Assembly (NCBI RefSeq): GCF_006345805.1
Contig: NC_043006.1
Coordinates: forward strand, 65,224,001 to 65,288,000
Reading direction: 5' to 3'
DNA: 64,000 nucleotides
From: Octopus sinensis
Taxonomy: Eukaryota
In this document: one piece after another, positions 39,170-52,933 of the stretch
How the letters are laid out: each line of letters opens with the position of its first letter
How positions within the stretch are numbered: the first letter of the stretch is position 1
Position numbers and translations under genes: made by a program
Notes under the pieces: model-generated
What the model saw: the letters and a program-made list of their open reading frames with translations, nothing else
The model's database searches: none
What the model was told of the DNA's origin: nothing

Positions 39170-39365
39170 GTGGAATAAAGATTGTTTGCCAACATAACAT
39201 GGAGATCCTGGTTTAGGACAAATGTTGCTGTAATTTATCCCCAGGAGATATCATCTCCAGCTGGCTATACGACACGATCTGTGTCCTTATGTTTTCAAAC
39301 ATGTTATGTTGGCAAGCAATCTTTACTCCACAATACTGTTGCTGAATATCTCTCGTGAGATTACA
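39170..39365. repeat. Dispersed repeat with internal inverted arms
   Basis: aaagattgtttgccaacataacat (about 39176) is inverted at about 39301-39325. A related copy lies at about 59020-59160. Confidence 0.55.
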
Positions 39366-40460
39366 AATAATAATTTTCTTACTTTTCCTGTGATCGTGAT
39401 TTGAGAAGACATACAGTAGTATGCTAAAGATCAGACAATCTATTGAGGGCAAGAAATGTAAAATAAAGTTTATTACAAGCAACACAAACATTTTGTAATT
39501 TAATAGCTTTCAATGTGATACCTGTTAAACAGAAATTATTTATTGAAAATTTAATAAAATCTAATCATACGTAAGTGAAATTATGCTAAATACAACTAAA
39601 TTCAAAACCTTTTTCCCCTGGTTATATCGACAATTCTCAAAACATGGGTGTGAATTTTACATGAGTGAAAGCTTTTTTTTAACAAATTTTATCCTGAAAA
39701 TCACTTGTGTAAATTACACAGGTGTGCAAATTATATGGGTTTTTACAGTAAATACTAGGCTTACAAAGAACAAGTCCTGGGGTTGATTTGCTCAACTAAA
39801 GATGGTGCTCCAGCATAGCTGCAGCCAAATGACTGAAACAAGTAAAAGAATATATATATATATATTTGGTAAGTTTATTCTCAAGCAACACTTCTTTTAG
39901 TGTTGTTGACACTGCCAGATTGAATGGTATTGCCCAGGTGTCGAAACCATAATGATATCTGTGGGGCAGCTGAAGATGGTTTTATGTTGGATTGTTGGTA
40001 TGGCTGTTTTTGTATATGTGGAATAGTGTTATAACACATCCTTTTGACAAATGTATAAACAATATCGAACACACATACACAAAGTATGTGTTTTGCTAGT
40101 TCGTAGGCAGACATCGGTTTATAGGCATGAGAGAAAATTTTCTTGTCAATATGCCTGGTGTAAAAACACCTAGGAGTCATAAACAAGCGAGGTAACTCAC
40201 ACCAGGTCCTGTTGCAGGAGTGGTAAACATTAATGTTTCGTCATCTTTGAGACTTATCAATACCAGGTACCCCAAAACAAGGCCAGATGCAAGCTAAATT
40301 ACTTGCTATGACTATATGCAAAATGGTGTGAGAATCATGTGCTAGTATGTTCTCATGGTTCATACATACTTATAAATATATGTATGTATCTGTAAACAGA
40401 TGAATGGTACTTAAAATTCTTAAGGACTCCATATATTTATATATAAATATATATATATAT

Positions 40461-40620
40461 GTAGTGAGAATTTACAAAAAAACAAAATACAAAGACGGGT
40501 GTGTAAACAACAAACAGATGTGTTAGTTTAATGCTTGGGAAGTAAGAAAGTCTTTTACATTTCGAGCCTACGCTCTTTGATAGAAAGGAACACAGGAATA
40601 AACCGGGAGAGAAAACAGAA
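40461..40620. mobile_element. Penelope-like terminal repeat fragment
   Basis: ..ttttacatttcgagcctacgctctttgatag..; the reverse strand gives a degenerate minimal-hammerhead-like TCAAAGAG CGTAGG CTC GAAA, a hallmark of Penelope-like termini. Confidence 0.35.
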
Positions 40621-41324
40621 AATAGAATGTATACATGTGTGTACATGTATCTATGTATATGTGCCTGTCCTTCCCACCACTTGACAACAAGTGTTAGTTT
40701 GTTTACGTCCTTGTAATTTAATGGTTGGACAAAAGAGACTGGTAAAATAAGAACATTAATAAAAAAAAAAGTACAGGAGTCAATTTGTTTAAGTGGACTC
40801 TTCAAAGCTGTGCCCTGGCATGGCAGCAGCCCAATGAATGAAACAAAAATAAAAGCTCAAAGATGCAAGAGAAAGAATAATTAATGATTAGAAAAAAAAT
40901 CAAAACAGAAATGAAACAACAGAAAGCTCAAGTATATCATCACAGCATGTGGTGTACGAAAATATATTGCTGGAAATTGGCCTAGAAAACTGACCAGGTT
41001 TCACCCAGTGTAAAGTGAATAATGAAATAATTCTCAACAGCAGAGCAATCAATTCAGTAAGAAAATGAAAGGAGACAAGACAAAAGAAATATGTAAATTG
41101 TTTCAGTAGGAGAAATTTATTAAAAGGTTAGACACATATCACGAGCTTGGCAAGGAAGGCAGCCATCTTGCAATAACGATTAGAAAGTGGGAATGACTTC
41201 AAAGACAAAATGTAATGTCCGTAATAACTTCTTGTGTCTTACTAATTCAAACAATAAATTAATCAGACAGGAGAATGGAGGACATAGTGAGAAACTGTGT
41301 GCAGGTGTATGTGCATGCATATGT

Positions 41325-41471
41325 GTACATACACACACACACACACACACATACATATATACACATATTTACATAAATATATATTTACATGCATATATAT
41401 ACACACACATATACATATATATATACACATGCATATATATATATATACACACACATACACATGCATATATA

Positions 41472-41515
<44 letters not shown>

Positions 41516-41526
41516 CATACACATGC

Positions 41527-41559
<33 letters not shown>

Positions 41560-41614
41560 TACACACACATACACATGCATATATATATATATATATACAC
41601 ACACATACACATGC

Positions 41615-41660
<46 letters not shown>

Positions 41661-41663
41661 ACA

Positions 41664-41718
<55 letters not shown>

Positions 41719-41732
41719 CACACACATACACA
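41325..41732. repeat. Large compound (TA)n/(CA)n microsatellite with higher-order CATACACATGCATAT unit
   Basis: The TATACACACACATACACATGCATATATA motif recurs about 5 times between TA runs. Confidence 0.97.
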
Positions 41733-44700
41733 TAGACTATGTTGCCAGTTGAAGGTCTTTTAAGTCATTAAAGTTGTCAGCATAGACAGCCATTCAACTT
41801 TCACATACCAATAAAAAGATATAAATTAGATGGATGGGGAGGTGGGGTGGGGTTGTGGGGGTTTTATACTAACCGAACAGAGAGGGTGATCGTGATGGTG
41901 GTGGTGTACTGGCAGAGTAAACAGGCTGGTTATAGTGAAGCAACAGAGTAGATGGAATTCTTAATGGTTCTTAATCTGTAGTCATCATGAAGCTGTCCGT
42001 GTTCCTGGCATAAATACCTGAAGCATTTGTGTATGTGTCTGTATTTGTATGCATGCATTACTTTATTCTTTTACTTGTTTCTGTCATTTGACTGCGGCCA
42101 TGTTGGAGCACCGCCTCAAAGGGTTTTAGTCAAAGAAATCAACCCTAGGACTTATTCCTTGGTAAGCTGAGTACTTATTTTATCAGTCTGTTTCACTAAA
42201 CCACTAAATTACAGGGACATAAACACACCTGGACCAGTTGTGAAGAGATAGTGGGGGGGGGGGGCAAACACAGACACACATATATAAGTATATACACATA
42301 CATCTTTCTTTTGCCACTTACTCGCACTCTTTAATCCCACTCCATTTGCAATATCCTGCCCCTTACATTATGCCATTCGAACTTCAAGGGTATGCCCTGG
42401 CACTTGCCACCATCTATATCTCTCTCTTCCTTTACTCCACCATCCCAAATATATTCTGATCCCCATTCCTTATGAATATGACCAGTACTTTGCCACCATC
42501 TCTATCCTGCTGTCTCCCACTCTCTCTCCTTCTCCTGCACTTCCCTCAGCTTGGGTAACTGTATTTCCTTTGTGGTAGCACACCTGTTTCTGTCTTCATT
42601 CCTGATCTTTCTCTCTCCAGCCAGGTAACCTTGTACTTCCTCTGCAGCAAGACACCTGTATCTGTCTCACTATAACCTTTTCATCACCCCAACACAAGAC
42701 CACCTCCTCCAATGCCTCCCCCACTCTTGAAAGTTTTTTTTATTTTGTCTTGCAAGAACTTGGTGACCATGTTAGCGCAGGTGCCACTTAAAAAGTACCC
42801 ATTCCACACTGTAAAGTGGTTGGTGTCTAGAAGGGAATCCAGCTGTAAAAACCTTGTCAAAACTGACATCGTCTGTGCTTGTGTCACATAAAAAGCATTA
42901 AGTCCACTCTGCTGAGTGGTTGGTGTTAGGAAGGGCATCCAGCTGTAAAAATCCTTCCAAAACCGTCACAGAAGTCTGGGGCAGGCTTTGGCCTAGTCGG
43001 CTCTTGTGAAACCATCCCACCTTTGCTAGCATGGAAGGTGGATGTTAAATGACGATGATGATGATGATGACATATATACGATGGGCTTCTTTTAGCTTCT
43101 GCCTACCAAATCCACTGACAAGGCTTTTGGTTGGCCTGAGGCTAGAGTAGATGACACCTACCTAAAGTGCCATGTGGTAGGACTGAACCTGGAACCATGT
43201 GGTTGGGAAATGTATGTGTATGTGTGTGTCTGTGAGTGTATAAATGTATATGTATGTGTATGTATACGTATATATACACATATACATATAAACATATGTA
43301 TGCGTGCATGTGTTTGTGTATATATATGTGAAAATATGTATAATCTTTTATTTGTTTCAGTCATTTGACTGTGGCCATGCTGGAGCACCGCCTTTAGTCA
43401 AACAAATCGAGCCCAAGACTTTGTCTCTGTAAGCCTAGTACTTATTCTATCGGTCTCCTTTGCCAAACCACTAAGTTACAGCGACGTAAACACACCAACA
43501 TTGGTTGTCTTGCGATAGTGGAGGGACAAACACAGACACACAAACATAAACATATATATATATATACATGACAGGCTTCTTTCAGTTTCCGTCTACCAAA
43601 TCCACTCACAAGGCTTTGGTCGGCCTGAAGCAATAGAAGATACTTGCCCTAGATGCCACACAGTGGGACTGAACCCGGACCCATGTGGTTGGTAAGCAAG
43701 TTACTTACCACACAGCAACTCCTGTTTGTAGATGTGTGGGTAACAGTGCAATATACTAACTTTATGTAGCTGCTTGATCCCCCACCACTTTTTATCACTA
43801 ACAATAAGCATGATGCAGTCCTGTGGTCCACCAGATTCTATCAAAGCAAGCTAGCATGGAAAACAAATGTTAAATGATGATGATGACAACAATGATGATG
43901 ATAATGATGATTGCACATTGTACACTTTATTTTCGCCACTGCTGACCGAAACCTAAACCTCTAGTGCAAACATTGTCTTCCATCCGTTTTCCATGCTGGT
44001 ATGTGTTGGATGGTTCAACAGAGTATGGTGAACCACAAGATTGCATTATGCTCACTGTTAAGAGGTTCACTTTGAAACCATGTTGATCTGAGTTGTGTCC
44101 CACTGCACAGCACCTCAAGCAAGTGTCTTCTACTAAAGCCCTGGGCCAACCAATGCCTTGTGAGTGAACTTGGTAAACGGGGACTGTGTGACAGACCATT
44201 TTATGGTTGTATATATGTGTGTGTATGTATGTATGTGTCTATATATGTGTATGTGTGTATGTATGTGTATGTATGTGTGTATATGTGTATGTATATAAAT
44301 GTGTATGTGTTTGTCCCCCACCACCCCACTGCTGCTTGATAGCTGGTGTAGATTTCTTAACATCTCTATAACTTAGCAGTTCAACAAAAGAGACTGATGG
44401 AATAAGTACCAGACTTGAAAAGCAAAACAACAACTGGAGTCAATTTGTTTGACTAAATCGTTCAAGGTGACACTCCCAGCAAGGCTGCAGTCCAATGACT
44501 GAAACAAGAGATTAAAGATTAATGATTAATCCCGTTTCTCTGATGACGACGATGATGATGTCAGCTCTGTCTCATATCCTTGACAATCTATTTAGAGATT
44601 GAATAGAGAAACTGTTTCCTGTGAATAACCTCAGCAAACTCAATAATGTCCATGTTTGATTCATCACTGGACTGCCGACGCCGACACTACCGCTGTAGCT

Positions 44701-44948
44701 GTTGCTACCACCATCACGACCATGGCCATGACCACCACCACCACCACCACAATTACTAAGCAGTTTTGATTATCTTCTAATGTATTGATATACAACTAGA
44801 ACACACTCTAACCCTTTTGATGTATGTGTTTGTATGTGTGTGTGTGTTTATTTTACAGACTCCATGTTATGCAATGAACAAAAGGAAAAATAATAATAAC
44901 AACAGCAGCCAACAAAACAAATATGGTTGAGCTACTGTCGTTGCTTAC

Positions 44949-45006
44949 CTGTGATAGTTTGATTATAGACAAGCTTGTTGTTGAAGACAAAGCGGAATGC
45001 AAATTC
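44949..45006 (-). CDS. DUF4773-type protein, 58-nt middle exon
   Basis: ttttttcag|GAA TTT GCA...ATC ACA G|gtaagc. Encodes EFAFRFVFNNKLVYNQTIT. Its phase 0 to phase 1 pattern exactly bridges the two flanking exons. Confidence 0.87.
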
Positions 45007-45514
45007 CTGAAAAAAAAAAGCAATAAAGAAACTGTTAAGACGAAAAAAAACAAAGAGAGAGAGAGATGGATGGACAGATAAATAGAGAGAGAGAGAGAAG
45101 CTAAAAGAAAGAGAGAGATGGGTGGATAAATAGAGAAAGATGGCCAGCCAGCCAGTCAGACAGACAGATAGATAGATAGATAGAGATAACAAGCTAGATA
45201 GCTAGACAGATAGAGAGAGTGTGTGGGAGAGAGAGAGAGATAACAAGCTAGCGAGTTAGATAGATAGAGACTGAGAGAGAGAGAGAGAGAGAGAGAGAAA
45301 GAAACTAATAGATAAGTAGATAGATATTGTTTGTTTCTGTGTCAAATAATATATAAAAAACAATATAACATTAAACAGAAGAATTACTGAAAATGTTTTA
45401 GTAGAGTACTTGTTTATTATACTTTTACAAGAAGAGGGGTGACTGTAACTTTGAAGTTTCAACCTGCTAACCTTTGTCAGATTATCTCTATTATATGTGT
45501 GTGTGTGTGTGTGG

Positions 45515-46123
45515 ACAGCCATGCTATACGGCAGCGAAACATGGGCTGTGACTGCAGAGAATATGCGAAGGCTTGAAAGAAATGAAGCTAATATGCTTCG
45601 CTGGATGTGCTATGTCAGTCTGCACGTATGACAGAGTGTAAGCGTCTTAGAAAAATTGGATATAAGAGGCATCAGATGTGGTGTGCAAGAGAGAAGGCTG
45701 TGCTGGTGTGGTCATGTGGTGTGTAAGGATGAGGACAGCTGTGTAAAGAAGTGCCAATCTCTAACTGTGGAGGGAACCTGTGCAAGAGGTAGACCCAGGA
45801 AGACATAGAATGAGGTGGTGAAGCATGATTTTAGATGCTGAGTCTCGTGAAGTGATTGAGACCTTCGATGATTTGTTGTGCTTGAGAAGATATGTTAAGC
45901 CAAGTGACATCATAGTCATGGCCAGTTCCAGTGACACATAAAGGCACCCATGCTGGTGACATGTAGAAGGCACCCACTACACTCTTGGAGTGGTTGGCAT
46001 TAGGAAGGACATCCAGCTGTAGAAACCAAGTCAAATCAGACTGAAGCCTGATACAGCTCTCCGGCTTATCAGCCCCACTCAAACTGTCTAACCCATGCCA
46101 GCATGGAAAATGGACACTAAATG

Positions 46124-46125
<2 letters not shown>
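45515..46125 (+). mobile_element. 5'-truncated RTE-clade LINE (ORF C-terminus, 3' UTR and GAT tail)
   Basis: AMLYGSETWAV...RRLERNE..MLRWMC...RRLCWCGHV...RGRPRKT, followed by the abundant AGGAAGG(G/A)CATCCAGCTG..CCCATGC.AGCATGGAAA..GATGAT tail. Tail-only copies at about 3985-4320, 9287-9552(-), 10725-11010, 25370-25500(-), 51305-51495(-), 52945-53245, 56660-57160 and 57870-58300(-). Confidence 0.88.
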
Positions 46126-46162
<37 letters not shown>

Positions 46163-47569
46163 AATTGAAAATGAACTGGGAGTCTTTCAGAGGGTTCACT
46201 TTCAAAGGTATAACAAGACATTTGCAGCAAAGCCCCACATCTTTCTTTCTCAACCTTTGAAAATCAGAAAACAGTGAAACTGGTTAAGCCTTTAAAAATA
46301 AACCATCTAGAAAAAAAACACCCCAGTGCATTTTCAACTTCTTTTTCTATATTTTTACTCTTGTGGAATAAAAAATTTTTTTTACCCCCACCACAAACAC
46401 ATATAGAGAGAGAATCAGAAGCATTATGACAATACAGATTGAAAAATGGATTTTGTTGGTTTTAGTAACATGCCTGTCATTTTAAAACATAAAGTTATTT
46501 ACCTTTCCCCTTTTACTTGTTTCAGTCATTGAACGGTGGCCATGCTGGGACACCATCTTCAAGGCTTTTAATTGAAGAGATCAATGCCAGCACTTACCTT
46601 TTGAGTCTGGTACTTAATCTACAAGTGTCTTTTACCAAACACAACCACTAATGAGCATCATTTAAATGATGATGATAATAAATTTAACATAGTGGAATAA
46701 TTTATTGATATGCTTGTAGTGGGTACATCATGTAATGGGAAAAGTTTATGTGCCCCACCGATTATAGTAGAACCAATCATAGCAGACCATGTGGCACGAA
46801 TCATCATATGCCACCGTGGCATATTGGTTTGTCAACAGTCAAGAATAGTATTGATCCTTTCTACTTTTGGCACAAGGCCTGAAATTTGGGGGAGGGGGGC
46901 TAGCTGATTAGATCGACGCCAGTATGCAGCTGGTACTTAATTTATTGACTCTGAAAGGATGAAAGGCAAAGTTGACCTTGGTGGAATTTGAACTCAGAAT
47001 GTAGCGACAGGCGAAATACCGCTAAGCATTTCATCCAGTGTGATAATGATTCTGCCAGCTCGCTGCCTTCCAAGAATAGTATTAATACAGATCAACACTA
47101 TGTGTCAAAGCAGTGGGGAGGACACACACACACACAAACATACACATACCCACATAAACATTCACATACATACACACACAAACATACACACACACATCCA
47201 CATACACACACACACACATGCAAGGCATCAGTTGACCAGAGGCCAAAGCAGAGGACACTTGCCCAAGATGCCATGCAGTGGGACTGACCTTGGGACCACA
47301 TGGCTGCAAATCAAGCTTCTTTATCACACAGCCATGTTCGCACCGAGTTGTTTATTATTTTTTTTATCACTGAGAAGGAAAGGGCCAGGCTTGCAACAAG
47401 TGCACCTTGTCAAAAGTGGGGGCAAGATGGTGATATTATGCAGACAAAGTTTAAAATCAATAGAAGGACTTGAACATAGAATACAAAGAGCTGGAACAAA
47501 TATATCACAAGGTATTTTATCCCATGTTTTAAAGATGCTGCTAATTTGTCACCATGGCAACTGTGAGAG

Positions 47570-48420
47570 AAAAATATATAGAAAGTATTTTTTTAAATGG
47601 CAGTTCTGAGGGAGAATGATTGAACAAAGTGTTAGTAGGGAGTCTAGTGTGACAGTAGGACGCTAAAAGAAGGGGCCACATTGGATGTAATACGCAGAGT
47701 GTCAATTCAGAAAAGCAGAGGCTGTTGTAGTTAGTGCAAATAGAAGAGACAGAGAGAAGAGCCAGCACATCTATTGACTTGCAGTTGAAGTTATGCTGAT
47801 GACAGGATCTTTGTCTATCAGCTGAATGGTCTTTTGTTGGATATTCTACAAGACATGTGTGAAGTAGCAGCACTATCTGTGATGTGTGAACAGTCCTCTC
47901 GATAAAAGTTTTACTAGAACTTTTGTAGAGAATCAGCAATGGAACAAGATGATATTTCTCCACTGTTTTTGACTTAGGACTCTCCCAGGTCTTGTTGATT
48001 TGGAATTGGGATCAATGCTTCTGTAACTTTGCTTTTTTCTAGATAAGGGTGTTGAGCCTACACAAACCCATTTTTACCTCCATGAAGAGATGGTCCATCG
48101 ATGGCCCCACTAGAAGCTTGCACTTTGCTAGCATAGCTCTCAGGCACATTGAGGCATACAAGTCACCACACCACAACAAGGATTGGACCTTGTGGTAGTT
48201 TCGTTGTATGTTTTTCACACATAAAGAGGTGTATAATGTATACGACACTCTTGATGTATGTAGAGATTGTGTCTCAGTGCTTTTAAATGAGATTAGAACT
48301 AGTGTGTTCCATGCCTTGCGAATATGTTTCAGTGATCAAATTCCATGGAAGTATATGAAATGTCAGGGTTGCAAGGAGATGATGCTTCTGCAGGAATTAA
48401 AATTTTGGATATGCTAGATG
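47570..48420 (-). mobile_element. Old decayed LINE RT fragment
   Basis: Minus strand has PQGPIL (degenerate PQGS.LGP) near 48190 and PLLILYKS near 47930, with many stops and frameshifts. Confidence 0.5.
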
Positions 48421-48989
48421 AGCACTGCACCCTTACCAAAGATGGCAAGTGGTATTCTACAAGTACATATTCTGTGTGAATATTTGTGGCCAGATGTTAT
48501 GGATACAAAGTTTGTAATTTCATGATAGAATCTGTTTATAATTTGTTTTTTACTAGAGTAATATACACAGAGAAATAATGATTTAGTCAGGTCAAATTCT
48601 TGGGTTGTTGACAAAACAACATCAGATGTTGTTTACAGTAATTGCTATTAGCATTTTATATGACAAGAATTTAAAATTGATCATCATCATCATCGTTTAG
48701 CATCCGTTTTCCGTGCTAGCACTACAGTAGTACATTAGATTTTTAATGCAGTTTTTTATTACTTTATTTTAACAAAATGGAATGATTTATTGATATGCTT
48801 GTAGCAGGTCCCTCGTGCAACAGCGAAAGTTTTTATGCCCCACTAATTATACTAGGTCCAATCACAGCAGACCTTGACACAAATTATCATATGCCACTGT
48901 TAAGAATAACACACAACTAGAGCCACCAAATGTTGCTACAAATACCAGGCCTCACTGTCACCACTAAGGATCCCTCCTCATGAACTCAT

Positions 48990-49430
48990 ATCTTCAACAT
49001 AGCAAAAAGTGTACAACAAACACTTCAAAGCCAGAAAATATTTCAGCCCCAACTAACTACAGATTCTCTACAAAGTTCAAATAAGACCCTCTTCTTCCAC
49101 ATCTGAGACAGTGCTACTGCTGCCGCCACACATACAAGCATCTGATGCTAGATTCAAAACAGGTCCATTTGATTGATTGGTAATGAAATTACTTGCCAAC
49201 ACATTCCAACTTATGGCCTCTGCTCCTTGGAGCAGGTTCATATAACCTTCACTCGGGTACTCTTGATTTGCACATCTACCCGCTTCCTTTATCATCCATA
49301 TTTTTACCTCCACTTCACAACAAACCCCACATACACACACATACACAATTCTTCCTCCTTAGAACACCATCCCTCTGGAACTCTTTTCCCCCATCCATGC
49401 TTTGCCTACCACCATCAACTTGCAATTGTT
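48990..49430 (+). mobile_element. Old LINE 3' ORF fragment
   Basis: LQILYKVQIRP and TPSLWNSFP motifs, typical of the LINE RT C-terminal region; decayed. Confidence 0.55.
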
Positions 49431-49459
49431 CAAGAGGGACACTGACCAAATTAGTTTAA

Positions 49460-49898
49460 CCTTTTAGCATTCAGCTTACTCTGTCAAATATAACGCTTAT
49501 TTATTCATATTGTTTTGAATTAATCAAGCAAAATCTTATAGCTTCAAGATTTTGATAATATGACTGTTTATTTTTTAAATGACTTTGTTGACTAAGGTGT
49601 GAGGGACTGGATCTGACCATTTTAAACATAAAACAGTTAGAATATTTAATCTAGAGCTGGCAGAATCGTTAGCACGCTGGGTAAAATGTTGAGCGGTATT
49701 TCATCTGTCTTTATGTTCTGAGTTCAAATTCTGCTGAGGTCGACTTTGCCTTTCATCCTTTTGGGGCCAATAAATTAAGTACCAGTTGCATACTGGGGTA
49801 GATCTAATTGACTGCCCCAACCCAAAAAATTTTGGGCCTTGTGTCTAGAGTAGAAAACAATATTTAAGCTAGATATGGCCAGTTTAAATGCTAAAAGG
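49460..49898 (-). mobile_element. piggyBac-like MITE with nested family-A SINE (49653-49857)
   Basis: TTAA|CCTTTTAGC...GCTAAAAGG|CTAA. The SINE is flanked by a repeated AATATTTAA (putative TSD). Confidence 0.7.
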
Positions 49899-51679
49899 CT
49901 AAGCACTCTCAGAAGAGCTGCAATGTCTATGACATAATTCTTCTTCCAGACCAAACCAATAAAAATTAAAATGGTTATTTTTCAGGTGTTCAGGTGATGG
50001 AGAAATTCCTCTCAGCTGATGCTGCTGTCATAAACAGCATTCATTTGATAAGTATTACTAAAACCTATTAAGTTGTTAGAAATACGAAATAAATATGAAA
50101 AACTGGGCAGTCCCGGCATAACAGAAAGTTGAGGAAACTATTGGGTATGCCACAAATGATTTCATACATAGAATGCATTGGATCTGGTGTAAGAAATGAC
50201 ATTAAGAGCAAGTCAGATAAGTAATACAAGATCAGAGCACTAGTATAAACCATTGGCTAAATCTTGAGCTAACCAGGGAATATCTAAGTGGTTGCAAGTT
50301 GCTAGAAATAGCAGCCAAATTGTTCTCATATCACACACCCTACCATCTTGAAAATAGACATTGTGTATAATGTCATCCAAGATTTACTATCATCATCATC
50401 GTCTGAGGAAAATAAAAAAATGAAACAAAACACTGGATGGTCAAGGTTGGAACAACTTTGATCAAATATCTACTAGACCAAGGGCAATAAGCAACAACAA
50501 AGGTTTCAGATTGGCTTGAAACCACACTGCTTATTTCATTATGCTTTATGGTACTTACATATGTTGTCATTGTTTAGCATTGTAAGGGAAGGCATGGCTG
50601 TGTGGTTGAGAAGCTTGTTTCTCAACCACTTGGTTTTAGGTTCAACTCCACTGTGTGACACCTTTAGCAAGTGTCTTTTATCACAGCTCTGGGTCAACCA
50701 AAGAGTAGTGAGTGGATCTGGTAGATGGAAACTAAAAGAAGCCTGTTGCATATGTATATATATTTGTGTGAGTGAGTGTGTGTGTCTTTTATTGTTTACT
50801 TGGTTCAGTCATTAGACTGCGGCCATGCTGGGGCACCACTTTGAAGAATTTTAGTTGAACGAATCAACCCCAGTACTTTATTTTAAAACTTCCTATTATT
50901 CTATCAGTCTCTTTTGCTAAACCACTAAGTGTTTAAGTCTCATTACCCTGACATCATGTGATAGTCGTAAATGATTGTCTCAGTCATACAAACAGTGTGA
51001 ACGACATTGTTTGTATGATATGATTCTGCAAAAACATTACCTTGCTTGAAAAAAAATGAGGGTTGGCGACAGGAAGGGCATCTGCCTCAATAGATTCCAT
51101 CCAATCTGTACAAGCTACGGAAAGTGGACATTAAAACAATGATGATGAGGGGTGTTTAGCTACAGATCAGTCCTAATCAAAGACATTCCAGTTATGAGCA
51201 TCTGGTCTTTCTCCCAAGCACAGAGCACCAAGGATTATATAATGAAGTGTGTTTTATCTTTACTAAAACATTACGATATTTAATTGAGGGATAATTGTCT
51301 GTTATTTCTAGCATGGGTTGGACAATTTGACTGAGGACTGGCGAACCAGATGGCTGCACCAGGCTCCAATCTTGATCTGGCAGAGTTTCTACAGCTGGAT
51401 GCCCTTCCTAATGCCACCCACTCCAAGAGTGTAGTGGGTGCTTTTACGTGCCACCGGCATGAGGGCCAGTCAGGCGGTACTGGCAATGGCCACAAAAATA
51501 CCTTTTTTTGTCATTGATAAAAGGTTATGAGTGGGTTCAGTCCCATTGCATGACACCTTCTACTATAGCCTTGGGGCAACTAAAGCTTTGTGAGTGGATT
51601 TGGTGTATGGAAACTGAAAGAAGGCCATCATGTGTGTATATATATAGAGAGTCATCTTCGTAGTCATAAAGTGAGACAG

Positions 51680-51975
51680 ATGAGTGACAACCTGGCCACT
51701 GGTGGTGGTGTAACACACCATACTAATCATATCTGTCGGGCATGTGGAAGAGAGTGTAATTCAGCAAGAGGACTTAAACAACATGCAAAGGTACATGAAG
51801 CCCAGTTACAACTACAGCCGGCTATTACCGGTGAAGGTATTAGTTGCCAATTCTGCACAAGACATTGTAGATCTTGAGCTGGGCTAAAAAGTCACATTCG
51901 ATCACAGCACCAGTAACAGTTAAGCTTCGTGCAATGGCCATACTCGATAACGAGGGGGCAGCCATAATAATAATA
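51680..51975 (+). mobile_element. LINE (RTE-like) 3' end with two C2H2 fingers
   Basis: CRACGRECNSARGLKQHAKVH and CQFCTRHCRS*AGLKSHIRSQH, followed by a short 3' UTR and a (TAA)n tail. Confidence 0.7.
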
Positions 51976-52105
51976 TATATATATATATAATTTATCAAAA
52001 AGCAGCAAAAATATTTTTGCTGCTTTTTAATGAAGCATATCACTCTATCTCTGGTATTTGAGTACTATTTTTTCCACCTTGTTTTGCATTTATGTGCTTG
52101 CTCTG

Positions 52106-52175
<70 letters not shown>

Positions 52176-52242
52176 AAGTTTCTTTGTTTACTGTATAGGC
52201 ACTACTCAGAAGTTCTCAGATAAAAGATGTGGGATGCCAAGG

Positions 52243-52933
52243 TATAAAAAAAATGTTAAGGAGAATTTCAGATAGGTTCAACCGTTTATTTATACATATA
52301 TTCTGCCATAGATCAATGCATATCAGTTTTTAAAATACATCAATGTATCAGTCATTAAAATATTAAAACATATTAAAAATTCATGAATACACAAACACAT
52401 AAAAATCTAATACACATATATAAATAGATGAGTGTGAATGAGTTACAAAAAGGTGAATAAAGCAAAGTCTTCTGAAGAGCAAACAAAAAACAACAACATT
52501 GAAGTGTTGAGGTTGGAATTTTTCAAAAAACATATGTAAATAATCTGAGAGAATAAGTAATGTTGTTAAGGTAAAATAAGGTACTTATTCTCTTGGATTA
52601 TTTACATATGTTTTTGAAATATTCCAACCTCAACACTACGTTTTTTTTTTGTTCAGTCTTCAAAAGACTTTACTTTATTCACCTTTTCGTAAGAGCATAC
52701 TTTTATTCTTAATGATTTTTACGATACCATTCTAACCTATTGACACCCATCTATTTATATATGTATGTTAGATTTTTATGTATTTGTGTATTCATGAATT
52801 TTTAATATGTTTTAATATTTTGACGACTGACATTTTGGTATATTTTAAGGACTGATATGCATTGATCTATGGCAGAATATATGTATAAATAAATTGTTGA
52901 ACCTATCTGAAATTTTCCTTAACATTTTTTATA
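52243..52933. mobile_element. ~690-bp foldback palindrome
   Basis: Left arm 52243-52559 is the reverse complement of right arm 52582-52933, with a 22-nt loop. The right arm has an extra ~45-nt segment. Confidence 0.9.

Noticed and set aside
47548-47561. Perfect RFX X-box GTCACCATGGCAAC
   Set aside because: It sits deep in an intron at the edge of a decayed LINE, far from any supported transcription start.
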